A stretch of DNA of 64,000 nt. It comes from Patescibacteria group bacterium (GTDB lineage: Bacteria; Patescibacteriota; Microgenomatia; UBA8517). The stretch is from positions 42,439 through 106,438 of the forward strand of contig JAHJHG010000001.1 of the NCBI GenBank assembly GCA_018823885.1, written 5' to 3'. Below the pieces are notes generated by a model. It did no database searches, had not been told where the DNA came from, and saw nothing but the letters and a program-made list of their open reading frames with translations. The position numbers and the translations under genes are program-made. Shown piece after piece: positions 28,397-40,357 of this stretch. How positions within the stretch are numbered: position 1 is the stretch's first letter; every line of letters starts with the position of its first letter.

Positions 28397-28921
28397 CTAC
28401 TCTGTCGGCGTAGTATTTGAGCTTGTTACCGCAAAATTACATGTCTGCGCCCCACAAGAGTGAGTAACTGGCGGATTGGCACAGTCTCCACCAAGACAAT
28501 TTTGATCTTCTGGATTTTCCAATCTAGCAAAGAGCTGGAATTTTTGGTTATTAGCGTTATCTGTAATCAGTTGAACACGATAAACATAATTATGGGAAGA
28601 AACAGGGTCCTCCGGTAAGGTTTTGAAATATACTGTCACACCGTCTGTGAACTCACTAACTCCCCAGGTGCAATCACCAGAGCCCAAAGCAGGATCATAT
28701 TGACAAGCTTGAATTTGCACTCCATTTGCGTCAGGATATTCACCATGATCTGAATAAAAAACTTCTAACGAATTTGCTATTTCTTTCAAGTCTGACTTTC
28801 TCTTGCCGTCTCTTCCTCTCATCTGGGCCGTACGAAAGCCCCCCGCTACCAAAGTAACCAACACTCCTAAAATTGCCATGACTACTAACAGTTCAACTAA
28901 AGTAAATCCTTTATTTTTCAT
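28397..28921 (-). CDS. GspG-like pilin
   Basis: G|FTLVELLVVM, RDGKRKSDL, LPEDP. Confidence 0.87.
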   Translation of the reverse strand: MKNKGFTLVELLVVMAILGVLVTLVAGGFRTAQMRGRDGKRKSDLKEIANSLEVFYSDHGEYPDANGVQIQACQYDPALGSGDCTWGVSEFTDGVTVYFKTLPEDPVSSHNYVYRVQLITDNANNQKFQLFARLENPEDQNCLGGDCANPPVTHSCGAQTCNFAVTSSNTTPTE

Positions 28922-29529
28922 TTTGCTTTTTCCTGCAATAGTTCATTTTCGTATTCTTCTATACTTTTTTCAAGTGGTGTTGCTCCAGATGCTCTCCCAA
29001 AATCACAAATGCGGACTCCGCATGATATATCTCTTTCCGCGATCACGGACTGAGCATCATCCTCATCTTTTCCTTCCAAGCCGGCGTAGAGCTGAAACCT
29101 GTTCTCGTTTGAAATGTAGGTATAGTATGCACCCATGGAACTTTGAGGATCTGATGGCAATGTATTGACATAGGGGGGGTACTCGGGGTCAAAGACATCA
29201 GATAAAGAATCCTTGCCCCACTCACAAGGAGCGTATATTTCAAACAAATCAATTTCCTTATCTTTAGATATAAGCGAATTTTTATACTCTGTGTAGTTAT
29301 CTACCCCATCTTTTTTACAAGCAACAATTTTTCCATCAAGAGAGGGCGGGTAAAAACCAAAATCGTTTTGAAATGCCCCAATAGCATCCGCAATTTGTCC
29401 TAAATCAGCCTTTCGCTGAGCATCTCTAGCGCGCCTTAATGATATTCTGAAATTGTAAAGCGAAGCTGTAAGAATTAGGGTCAAGATTATAAGTATCCCA
29501 AGGATCTCATTTTTACTAAAAGATTTCAT
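28918..29529 (-). CDS. GspG-like pilin with degenerate prepilin motif
   Basis: MKSFSKNEILGIL..., RDAQRKADL, LPSDP; ATG 29529. Confidence 0.75.
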   Translation of the reverse strand: MKSFSKNEILGILIILTLILTASLYNFRISLRRARDAQRKADLGQIADAIGAFQNDFGFYPPSLDGKIVACKKDGVDNYTEYKNSLISKDKEIDLFEIYAPCEWGKDSLSDVFDPEYPPYVNTLPSDPQSSMGAYYTYISNENRFQLYAGLEGKDEDDAQSVIAERDISCGVRICDFGRASGATPLEKSIEEYENELLQEKAK

Positions 29530-29530
29530 C

Positions 29531-30184
29531 TTAATTCCATGATTGACATTCGTTTTGGGGCTGACCAGTATCGGGATTCGTGCATTGACCGTAGCATGTA
29601 CCGCTACCATAGTTTGGATCACACTCTGGGCCAGGACGCGAAGGGTCCCAATTTATCGGCTGACACACCCCGCCAAAACAACCATAAAAATCCTCTCCTG
29701 TTCCACCGCCGCCACTACCAATCTCTACACAATCTGGATCGGGAGCATTGGGACTACTTTCGTAAAAATTAAAGGAATAATCAGGACCGCATTCTTCATT
29801 TATATCTATGTCTGTTAAATTATCAAGATTCGTATATATCCTATACCATGAAGGACAACTTGAATCTTCATGTTCGTAAAAATAAGAAGCGTTAGTCATG
29901 GGATCACAGGGAACTTTTGACAAATAAGGCTTCAGGCCGGTGTCCTCTGGAATGCAAACAACGAGTGAGGGAAGGGGATAGCAGTTATTGTCCTTTTCGT
30001 ATTCTTCAACAGCCACTTGAATATTATGAATGTCTCCCTTTCTTTTAGCATCATTTCCTTTAAATATCTGGTTTCTGAAATACCACATTATAACGGCCAT
30101 AAGAAATACGAGGATCGATACAACAACAAGAAGCTCAACAAGTGTTACTCCAGAAGCATTCACTTTTCTTTTAAGGCTGCTCAT
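29531..30184 (-). CDS. GspG-like pilin with Cys-rich C-terminal extension
   Basis: G|VTLVELLVVV, DAKRKGDI, VPCDP; Gly linker then 6-Cys tail. Confidence 0.82.
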   Translation of the reverse strand: MSSLKRKVNASGVTLVELLVVVSILVFLMAVIMWYFRNQIFKGNDAKRKGDIHNIQVAVEEYEKDNNCYPLPSLVVCIPEDTGLKPYLSKVPCDPMTNASYFYEHEDSSCPSWYRIYTNLDNLTDIDINEECGPDYSFNFYESSPNAPDPDCVEIGSGGGGTGEDFYGCFGGVCQPINWDPSRPGPECDPNYGSGTCYGQCTNPDTGQPQNECQSWN

Positions 30185-30195
30185 TCTTATATATT

Positions 30196-30996
30196 TTAGT
30201 AAAACAAATACAATTTAAGCAAAATTTCTCCCCAAATCAGAATAATTACTAAGGACAAAATCAAAAATGGCCCGAAGGCAATCTGTTTGCCAAAGGAAAT
30301 CTTTTTGATTAATACCAGTATGATTCCAGCCATAGCACCTGTCAAGAAAGCCCCGAAAAGCCACACAACCACCCATGGCCAGCCCAACAAGGTCCCTATA
30401 AATAAGGCAAGTTTTACATCTCCTAAGCCCATTCCTTTCCCTGAAGTCAAAATATATATTGAAAGCAAAAACACCCCTGCACTAAAACCCGACAATAAGT
30501 GAACATATAAGCTGGAAGGATTAATTAGCAATAGACTTAGAAAAACAAAAACCAGTCCAAAAAGACTCAACTCATCTGGAATTATCCTTTTTTCCAAATC
30601 AATTATAAATATCATTAAAACAATCAAAAAAAGTAGAAGCATAAATGGCAAACTCAAAATTCCTAATTCTGTCTGCCAAGAACAAATAAGATTCGAGGAG
30701 AGTGGGGAAGTGCTTCCACACGCAGCCAGCAAATAATAAATTCCGACAAAACCCACTGCCGACATCAGTTCAATCACTGGATATCTAGAAGAAATTTTTC
30801 TGTCGCATCTCCTACATTTACCTTTAAGCATAAGAAAAGACAACAGGGGAACGTTGTCATACCAAGCAATTTTCTTTTTGCAGTTCGGACAAATCGACCT
30901 GCCTTTTTTTATCGACTTACCCAACGGCAATCGATAAGTATAAGCGGTCAGAAATGAACCAGCGACAAGACCATATATAACCAATAAAAAAACCAT
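30196..30996 (-). CDS. pilD: Prepilin peptidase A24
   Basis: GSFL, CPNC...CRRC, D..K.IIPD, GMGLGDVKL, AFGPFL. Confidence 0.93.
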   Translation of the reverse strand: MVFLLVIYGLVAGSFLTAYTYRLPLGKSIKKGRSICPNCKKKIAWYDNVPLLSFLMLKGKCRRCDRKISSRYPVIELMSAVGFVGIYYLLAACGSTSPLSSNLICSWQTELGILSLPFMLLLFLIVLMIFIIDLEKRIIPDELSLFGLVFVFLSLLLINPSSLYVHLLSGFSAGVFLLSIYILTSGKGMGLGDVKLALFIGTLLGWPWVVVWLFGAFLTGAMAGIILVLIKKISFGKQIAFGPFLILSLVIILIWGEILLKLYLFY

Positions 30997-31022
30997 AAAC
31001 TAAATTCTATCTTCCAATACCC

Positions 31023-31047
31023 ATGGAGCTAGAAAAGCTAGCTCCAT
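31023..31047 (-). terminator. Hairpin downstream of the major pilin gene
   Basis: 10-bp stem ATGGAGCTAG/CTAGCTCCAT. Confidence 0.6.
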
Positions 31048-31050
31048 TTA

Positions 31051-31659
31051 TTACGGCACACAAGTGAAACAACCGTTTGTTATCCAGTTAGCATCATCTG
31101 CGTCACACGCTGTTGTTGCGCTTCTTGATCCGTCTGCTGGGTTAATTGTAAAAACCTCGGCGTCAGCAACTGCCGTTTGGCGTGTCGCTTTAGCTGCGGG
31201 AATGAAACAAGAATATACTGATTCTGATGTACCTTGTTCTTTGCCTATAAATAGCTTTTTAGAATCATCAGTTCCTGAGTGATTGTCAATAAAATCCCTA
31301 TTTCTAAATTCTGATTTCAACTCATCGTTCTCAAGTAACACACCATCAACGGTGCAATCAGCTCCACAAATACCAATTCCTTCATCTCCGGCACTAACAA
31401 ATCCGTAAGAAGCATCATTATCTAAAGCACTTCCTGATGTTACCCATGGAAATTCTTGTCTTGCGGCGAAGTATCTGTCCACTGCCGAAATCAACTGGGC
31501 CGAATCTGCTTTGAATCTTGTATCTCTGGCGCGGTTGGCTTGTTCAATTGGGTTTATGGCAGCAATCACGATCATGGCTATAGCGCCCAAAAGACCGATT
31601 ACGATCAAAAGCTCAACCAACGTAAAACCTAAGTTTCTTTTTAAATCTCGGGTATTCAA
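31051..31659 (-). CDS. Type IV pilin, probable major pilin
   Basis: G|FTLVELLIVI...AINP; very strong SD AAAGGAGGTGA; own downstream hairpin. Confidence 0.85.
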   Translation of the reverse strand: MNTRDLKRNLGFTLVELLIVIGLLGAIAMIVIAAINPIEQANRARDTRFKADSAQLISAVDRYFAARQEFPWVTSGSALDNDASYGFVSAGDEGIGICGADCTVDGVLLENDELKSEFRNRDFIDNHSGTDDSKKLFIGKEQGTSESVYSCFIPAAKATRQTAVADAEVFTINPADGSRSATTACDADDANWITNGCFTCVP

Positions 31660-31724
31660 ATTTTCTCACCTCCTTTTATGCTCACTATTTTAGTATTAGT
31701 TAAACCAAACATACTGTCAAGTTA

Positions 31725-32930
31725 TTAAAACTGGCTTGTCAGGTTGTATATCGGCAAGATAATGGCGATTACCAAAAATCCTACCCCAAGCCCCAACAAA
31801 ACCATAACCAAAGGCTCGATAGCAGCCGTTAACGTTTTTACTTTTTGGTCAGATTCTACTTCAAAAACATGACTGACCTTTTTTAGAACTTCGTCCATTT
31901 TCCCTGTTTCCTCTCCAACGGCAACCATTTGAGATAAAAGATAAGGGAAAGCCTCGGGATGCTTAGCAAAAGAAAACGCAACGGGAAATCCTTTTTCTAC
32001 CTGTTTTGCAGAATCTTTCAAAGCATCTGAAATAACAACATTTCCAACCACACCTGCCGAAATATTTAGTGCTTCTAGTATGGATACACCAGACCCAACC
32101 ATAAGACTGAGTGTTCTTGTCAATTCTGTTAAGATAACCTCACGTTGTAAATCTCCAAAAATCGGGAGTTTAAACAACAGCTCATCTGTTTTTTTACGAC
32201 CGGCAGGTGTTTTTCTGTAGAGAGAAAGACCGTATACAGCAAATCCGCCTAAAACCAAAAGCAAAGGCCAAAAGTGCATAAGAAAAGTGGAAAGACCAAT
32301 TAAAATTTGCGTAGCCATTGGAAGCTCAGCGTCAAATTCCTCATAAAGGGAAGTCAATCTGGGAATTACAAATATCATCATAACGAAACCAACAACAACC
32401 ATTCCGCCAACAATAATGGCTGGGTAAATTAGAGCCCCTTTTACTTTTCCTTTAAACTCCTGTTGTTTTTCCATTGAGTCGGCAAGCCTTAGTAGAACCT
32501 CATCCATAACTCCACCTACTTCACCTGATTTTACAAGCGCAATGTAAGTGGGGGAGAAAGCTTTTGAATGTCTTCCTATCGCCACAGAGAGAGATTCGCC
32601 TCCTTCCACATCGGCAAGGACCTGAGCCGTCATTTTTTGCATAGAACCTTTTACTTGCGACCTTAAAATCAGAAGAGCTTCTGTAATTGGTAATCCGGCA
32701 TTTACCATTGTGGAAAGTTGTCGTGTAAAAGTGGCAATATCGGAAGGAGTAATTCTATCTTTAAAGGTCCTCAATATATTGAGAGGATTTTCTCTTCTTA
32801 ATTTTATGGAAATTACGATTAACCCTTTTCCTCGAACAAGTTTGGCCGCGTGTTTGTCATTAGAGGCTTCAACTTCGCCTGTAACCAGCTTTCCTGTCTT
32901 GTCCTTTGCCTTGTAAATATATCTTTTCAT
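31725..32930 (-). CDS. pilC: Type IV pilus platform protein PilC (GspF family)
   Basis: FTRQLSTMVNAGLP, GEVGG, ALIYP, GEETG, IEP. Confidence 0.93.
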   Translation of the reverse strand: MKRYIYKAKDKTGKLVTGEVEASNDKHAAKLVRGKGLIVISIKLRRENPLNILRTFKDRITPSDIATFTRQLSTMVNAGLPITEALLILRSQVKGSMQKMTAQVLADVEGGESLSVAIGRHSKAFSPTYIALVKSGEVGGVMDEVLLRLADSMEKQQEFKGKVKGALIYPAIIVGGMVVVGFVMMIFVIPRLTSLYEEFDAELPMATQILIGLSTFLMHFWPLLLVLGGFAVYGLSLYRKTPAGRKKTDELLFKLPIFGDLQREVILTELTRTLSLMVGSGVSILEALNISAGVVGNVVISDALKDSAKQVEKGFPVAFSFAKHPEAFPYLLSQMVAVGEETGKMDEVLKKVSHVFEVESDQKVKTLTAAIEPLVMVLLGLGVGFLVIAIILPIYNLTSQF

Positions 32931-32931
32931 T

Positions 32932-34014
32932 TCATCGTTTCAGGCTTTGCATTGGAGCGGTATTTCTGACTAAACGATTTAATTCTTCAGGCCTGAGCGA
33001 AAAACTCTGTGCTGTCTCAAGGGTAACGTGTCCCGAACGTACAAAAGCAGCTAAAGAAACTTCTAGAGTATTCATCCCTGCCTCTTGTGAGGTTTGCAGA
33101 ATAGATTCGATTTGGTGCGATTTCCCTTCACGAATAGATGTTTTTATAGCTGAAGTTCCGAGCATTATCTCATACCCGACAACTCTTCCACCAGCAATTG
33201 CGGGGACAAGACGCATTGAAAAAACTGCTTCAAGTACATTGGAAAGCTGTAGGCGTACCTGTCCCTGTTGTTCTTCTGGAAAAACATCAACTATTCTATC
33301 AATTGTTTGGGCGGCCGAATTTGTATGCAGTGTCGCGAATACTAAATGTCCTGTTTCGGCAACGGTTAGCGCTGATGCAATCGTTTCGTGATCTCGCATC
33401 TCACCAACCAAAACCACATCCGGATCTTCTCGCAATACCGATCTTAAAGCCACCTGCCAAGAGTGTGTATCTGAGCCCATCTCTCTTTGAGAAATAATTG
33501 ATTTATCAGGCCGGAATATAAATTCAACTGGATCTTCTATGGTTACTATGTGGGTGGCTCTCGTCTTATTTATCTCATTTAACATAGCCGCCAATGTCGT
33601 TGATTTTCCATGCCCAGTAGGTCCAGTTACTAAAACAAGACCTTGCCTCAAGCGAGTGAAGCTGTGGAGGATTTTGGGTAAACCAAGCGTATCTATGTCG
33701 GGAATCTCCAAAGGAATCCTTCGAAAAGCTAGAGCGTAGGTTCCTTTTTGTGTATAAGCATTCACCCTGAAACGCGCCTTTTCGCTAAAAGATAGCGAAA
33801 AATCAAGCTCTTTATTAACTGTTAATCTCTCAAGACGTTCATTAGATAATATTTCCTTCAAAAAGCTACCGATTATCTCCGGTGTTAATATCGCCTCGTT
33901 GGGAACGGGAGCCAAGGCACCATCTATACGAAGTGTCGGAGGAATGTTTGCGACAATATGAAGGTCAGAAGCCTTCCTTTCAACCGTTAATTGTAATAAT
34001 TCTTTTATACCCAT
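32932..34014 (-). CDS. pilT: Retraction ATPase PilT
   Basis: GPTGHGKST, TIEDPVE, LREDPD, GEMRD, AETGH. Confidence 0.95.
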   Translation of the reverse strand: MGIKELLQLTVERKASDLHIVANIPPTLRIDGALAPVPNEAILTPEIIGSFLKEILSNERLERLTVNKELDFSLSFSEKARFRVNAYTQKGTYALAFRRIPLEIPDIDTLGLPKILHSFTRLRQGLVLVTGPTGHGKSTTLAAMLNEINKTRATHIVTIEDPVEFIFRPDKSIISQREMGSDTHSWQVALRSVLREDPDVVLVGEMRDHETIASALTVAETGHLVFATLHTNSAAQTIDRIVDVFPEEQQGQVRLQLSNVLEAVFSMRLVPAIAGGRVVGYEIMLGTSAIKTSIREGKSHQIESILQTSQEAGMNTLEVSLAAFVRSGHVTLETAQSFSLRPEELNRLVRNTAPMQSLKR

Positions 34015-34018
34015 ACTG

Positions 34019-35761
34019 TTAATCTTGTGCCACTCTTAATGTTTCTTCCAGTGTGGTTATTCCTTCTAATACTTTCAGGAATCCATCTTGTTTGAGTGTT
34101 ATCATTCCTTCTTCTCTTGCTTGCTTTTCTATCCCAGATGCAGGGGAGCGTTCCAAAATCAATCTACTGATCTTTTCCGTGATAGACAGCACTTCAAAAA
34201 TACCAACTCTTCCGTAGTAACCCGAATTATTGCATTCTGCACACCCCTTGCCTTTATAAAGCTTTACTGCTTTACCATCAGGCCAAAGATTTCCAAGAAC
34301 CCCCTTAATTTCACTGACAATCTTAGGATCCGCATCATAAGCTACTTTACATTTATCGTGTATTTTTCTGACTACTCTTTGAGCTACAACAGCTGTCATC
34401 GAAGAAGCCAAAAGATATGGTTCTGCATGCATATCCAAAAGCCGGGGGAGCGCACCGGATGCGTCATTTGTATGAAGCGTTGAAAAAACCAAGTGTCCAG
34501 TTAATGATGCCTGAATCGCTAAATCTGCAGTTTCTTGGTCTCGTACCTCTCCAACTAAAATAACGTTTGGATCTTGTCTCAAAAATGATCTCAAGCCGGA
34601 TGCAAAAGTAAGTCCTGCCGCTGGATTTACTTGCACCTGATTAACGCCTGGAATTTTATATTCAATCGGATCTTCTAGTGTCATTATGTTAATTTTTGAA
34701 GTATTAATTCTTTGAATAATTGAATAAAGCGTCGTTGTTTTACCAGAGCCAGTCGGTCCACAAATCAAAACAATTCCGTGAGGCCTCAATATTGCGTCTT
34801 CAAGATTTTTTAAACCACGACCGCGAAGGCCCAGATCAGGTAGGTCAGGAATCCCTCCTGTTTTTTTAAGAAGCCTCATTACGATTTTCTCGCCCCAGGT
34901 GGAAGGCAAAGAAGATACACGCAAATCAACTTCTTCGTCTCCGCCTTTGAAGCTAAACCTTCCATCTTGCGGAACTCTTTTTTCATCAATTTTCATACCC
35001 GATAGAATCTTTATCCTGGAAATAAGAGCATCATGGAGCGCTTTTGGAATAGTTAGTTTCTCCTGCAAAATCCCATCGATTCGATAACGCACCCTTGTCG
35101 ATTTCTCTTGAGATTCAATATGGACGTCCGAAGCCCTAGCCCTTATAGCAAAATCAAGAATATGGGTAACAATCTCTGATACTCTTTCTTCTCTTATAAA
35201 TCCAGTCTTTTGGGCCTCAAGGGTTTTCGTCTGGGATTTTTCTGGAGCAACTTCCTTTAAGGCTTCCGTCACTTCTTGTGCCAGAGAAGATGTGTATCGA
35301 GTCGATATAGCGTGTTCTATTTTTGAAAGTTCGGCTGCATGAGGCTTCACGGAAAGACCAGTCTTTTGCTCAATAAATTCTATTGCCGTCAAATCAAGAG
35401 GGTCTGCCATTGCCAAAGCCATTTGCTTGGAAGGTGCATCTACAGATATCGGAAAAGCCTTAAATTTGTTGGCTACTTCCTGAGGTAAAACCGCTAAGGC
35501 TTCCGGAGAGGCGGGGATCGTCCCGAGGTCAATATAGGGAACATTGTATAAAGATGCTTTTGCTTTAACTAACGCATCCTCGGTAACTAAATTTTGACTT
35601 TTTAATATTTCCTCTTGTGTTTTTCCTGTTTGAATTTCCGCTGTTTTTACTTGCTGTGCGCGGCCCACATCAAGTGCTTTTTGAGCAACTAAGATATCTG
35701 CCAAGGTTTGGCCCGTTTCGCCGTTTGGGTTTACATTAGTGGTAGTGGGTTGGGCAGCCAT
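34019..35761 (-). CDS. pilB: Assembly ATPase PilB (GspE family)
   Basis: ASDVHIE, GPTGSGKTT, LRQDPNVILVGEVRD, STLHTN. Confidence 0.95.
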   Translation of the reverse strand: MAAQPTTTNVNPNGETGQTLADILVAQKALDVGRAQQVKTAEIQTGKTQEEILKSQNLVTEDALVKAKASLYNVPYIDLGTIPASPEALAVLPQEVANKFKAFPISVDAPSKQMALAMADPLDLTAIEFIEQKTGLSVKPHAAELSKIEHAISTRYTSSLAQEVTEALKEVAPEKSQTKTLEAQKTGFIREERVSEIVTHILDFAIRARASDVHIESQEKSTRVRYRIDGILQEKLTIPKALHDALISRIKILSGMKIDEKRVPQDGRFSFKGGDEEVDLRVSSLPSTWGEKIVMRLLKKTGGIPDLPDLGLRGRGLKNLEDAILRPHGIVLICGPTGSGKTTTLYSIIQRINTSKINIMTLEDPIEYKIPGVNQVQVNPAAGLTFASGLRSFLRQDPNVILVGEVRDQETADLAIQASLTGHLVFSTLHTNDASGALPRLLDMHAEPYLLASSMTAVVAQRVVRKIHDKCKVAYDADPKIVSEIKGVLGNLWPDGKAVKLYKGKGCAECNNSGYYGRVGIFEVLSITEKISRLILERSPASGIEKQAREEGMITLKQDGFLKVLEGITTLEETLRVAQD

Positions 35762-35888
35762 AATATCAATAGGTGTTTAAAACACCTTGAATTAATTATG
35801 ACCGAATACTCTTTTCCTATCAAGTGCTTCACACAACAAAACTAAACCGCTTGACACCTTATCGCTTGTAGCTTAATACTATTCTCGC

Positions 35889-36503
35889 ATGCATGCTTAT
35901 TTATTAATCGGCAATAACCAGCAGGAAGTAGACAGTAAAATCGAAAAGCTTATAAATAAATTAAAAGTTAAGCTTCTAGAATATCCTTTGATTAAAATAA
36001 AAGATGTAAGAGAGTTGGGTTCTTTTACCAGGCTTTCAATCGACGCCCCTACCGGGATATTGATCAAAGATGTGAATACCGCGTCAACAGAAGCATTAAA
36101 TGCGTTTTTAAAGAATTTAGAAGAACCTCAGAAAAATATTTTTTATATCCTAACCGCCAGTTCCGTTAATAATCTTCCTCCAACAATCATTTCGAGATGT
36201 CAAATCATTAAAGTAAGGGGGAAAAAGGAACTAGACAGTGAAAGCAGAAAAGAAGTAAGCGCATTTGAAAAGAAAAGTAAGGTTGGCCAACTCCAAAAAA
36301 CCAGCAGGATATGGAATAGACAGGAAGCAATATTTTTTGTTGAAAATTACATTCTCCACGTCCACTCATTACTTCTAAAAACCAATAATGGCTATCGTTC
36401 CTTTGCAAAAAACATAAGATGCGCCAATCAAGCTTTAAATAGTTTAAACGCTAACGGAAATGTTCAATTGCAGTTAACAAATTTCGTTCTTGGCCTTGTT
36501 TAG
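35889..36503 (+). CDS. DNA polymerase III delta-prime-like subunit, short
   Basis: ALNAFLKNLEEP, LPPTIISRC; Walker A and Zn module not seen. Confidence 0.75.
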   Translation: MHAYLLIGNNQQEVDSKIEKLINKLKVKLLEYPLIKIKDVRELGSFTRLSIDAPTGILIKDVNTASTEALNAFLKNLEEPQKNIFYILTASSVNNLPPTIISRCQIIKVRGKKELDSESRKEVSAFEKKSKVGQLQKTSRIWNRQEAIFFVENYILHVHSLLLKTNNGYRSFAKNIRCANQALNSLNANGNVQLQLTNFVLGLV

Positions 36504-36524
36504 ATACCTCGTTTCGGGGTATAA

Positions 36525-38549
<2,025 letters not shown>

Positions 38550-38587
38550 AAATCGACAAGTGATAAGTAATATAATAAAGTAATACA

Positions 38588-39067
38588 ATGATGGAAATTA
38601 AAGTATTTATTGAAGTCTCAGCGGGGGGAAAAGTCAAGTATGAGCTTGATGAAAAAACGAAAGAATTAAAAGTAGACAGATTTTTGCACACAGCCGTAAT
38701 TTTCCCTTTTAACTATGGATCCATTGAGGGTTCTATGGGGCAAGATGGAGACCCGCTTGACGCACTTGTACTATCAGATGAAGCAGTTGAACCAGGAGTT
38801 GTCATGACATGTCGCCCCATTGGCCTTCTGGAAATGAAAGACGAAGCAGGGATAGACACTAAAATAATTACTGTTCCTATAGAGAAGATAGATCCTATCT
38901 TTGGGAAATTCGATAATATCGATGATATACCCGAACCAACACTAAAAGAAATAAAACATTTCTTTAAAAATTACAAAAGCCTAGAGCCTGGAAAATGGGT
39001 AGAGGTACATCGTTTTAGAAATAGGTCTGACGCTGAAAAGTCAATCAAGAAAGCACTGGGAAAATAA
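38588..39067 (+). CDS. ppa: Inorganic pyrophosphatase (family I)
   Basis: KYE, DRFL, NYG, DGDPLD, HFF..YK..E.GKW. Confidence 0.95.
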   Translation: MMEIKVFIEVSAGGKVKYELDEKTKELKVDRFLHTAVIFPFNYGSIEGSMGQDGDPLDALVLSDEAVEPGVVMTCRPIGLLEMKDEAGIDTKIITVPIEKIDPIFGKFDNIDDIPEPTLKEIKHFFKNYKSLEPGKWVEVHRFRNRSDAEKSIKKALGK

Positions 39068-39068
39068 C

Positions 39069-39896
39069 TTACTTCTCACAAAAAAAACTTCCGATGGGTG
39101 TCAATTCTGAAAGCTGTATCTCCTGATTATAAAACGCAGATGCAGCTCCTCCGTCTAAATTGAGAGCACTTATAAATTCTATGTCAAACTTATTTTGGAT
39201 ATTACTAACTAGCAGAGGCAGGTCAGCAAGCAGAGGTCCCACAAAAACAGACTCCTCATTATAAAAAGTAATAAAATATATATTACCTTCCTTGGTCAAA
39301 GCAACAACGATTCGACGAGCCATTTTATCATTAGCAAGAACCAGCCTTTGAATCTGCCCGTTCTGAATCAATATTGGACCCGCTTGCAAGCCAATCCGAA
39401 CAGGTTCTCCTGAATAATCTTTGCTAATTGCTGCTTCACCATTCTTCGTTAGAGTAAAGTAGCCGTTAAACAGGTTATTACTATCTTTATTGCTAATTAT
39501 TTCCGCTTCACTGATAAAAAGTCCAATTGGGGAGTTTGCTTCGGAATAAAATCCACCACTCGTTAGATTTATACAACCGTATTTCTCAATACTTTCTTGG
39601 AGGGTATAGCGCTCTTCAAAATTTGGGTGGAGAAACAAATTTTCTGTTCTGGTGACTTGAATCCATGCAAACACATATTCCTTCCCATTTATTTCTACAC
39701 TTTGTATGTCATTTATCTCGGAGACTGTAGGGCTGTTTTCTATAGGTAATTCTTTATTAAAATCTTGGATATTCTTCAATAAGCAAAACCCAACCAGTGA
39801 AACTGCTAATAAAAAAATTACTATTTTAATTATTTTCACTAAGAAAGTATGGGCCATGTAAGGAGTACGCATTCCTAATGCGAATAATTCTAGCAC
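39069..39896 (-). CDS. Phosphodiester glycosidase (NAGPA)-family protein
   Basis: SGGFY, QAGPIL, ARR, ALNLDGGAAS; start uncertain. Confidence 0.8.
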   Translation of the reverse strand: MLELFALGMRTPYMAHTFLVKIIKIVIFLLAVSLVGFCLLKNIQDFNKELPIENSPTVSEINDIQSVEINGKEYVFAWIQVTRTENLFLHPNFEERYTLQESIEKYGCINLTSGGFYSEANSPIGLFISEAEIISNKDSNNLFNGYFTLTKNGEAAISKDYSGEPVRIGLQAGPILIQNGQIQRLVLANDKMARRIVVALTKEGNIYFITFYNEESVFVGPLLADLPLLVSNIQNKFDIEFISALNLDGGAASAFYNQEIQLSELTPIGSFFCEK

Positions 39897-39916
39897 ACAA
39901 AATATATTTATTGTTA

Positions 39917-39966
39917 AATAAAATAACCGGGGGTTTCTTAAAAAAACAAATTTAAGACCCCCGGTA
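39917..39966 (-). terminator. Intrinsic terminator of the 39984-40208 ORF
   Basis: ACCGGGGGT..CTTAAA/TTTAAG.ACCCCCGGT stem; T-rich tail on the minus strand. Confidence 0.7.
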
Positions 39967-39983
39967 TACTAAAACCAACCACC

Positions 39984-40208
39984 CTAAAAACGGAGTTCAC
40001 CTTCACAATTCGGGAACTCATGTTCGTGCATGGACTCAGCAATCGCTTTTATAGCCTCCTGTTCGCTCTCCTGGCAGAGCAGCGCCGTACCAAAGCCGCA
40101 AACCTTACAGCTAAACGGCAACTTAGACAGCTCGGGAGGTTCCTCCTCCAGAAATTCTGGAGAAACATCTTCTGTGTCGTCACCCATGTAACCCAAAAGC
40201 CCTAACAT
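39984..40208 (-). CDS. Small acidic protein with putative Zn finger
   Basis: SD AGGAGG; CKVC...H...C; own terminator. Confidence 0.65.
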   Translation of the reverse strand: MLGLLGYMGDDTEDVSPEFLEEEPPELSKLPFSCKVCGFGTALLCQESEQEAIKAIAESMHEHEFPNCEGELRF

Positions 40209-40357
40209 CTTTGCCTCCTAGGATTATAATGTACCCGGAAATTTCTAGAGTGAATTCGGAAATTCAACTCTTTTTACTTCGGGTTATTATAACAAATTGC
40301 ACTTAACTTGTAAATATTATAGGGGAACTAGTTCAGTACTATGATAGAATAAATTAT

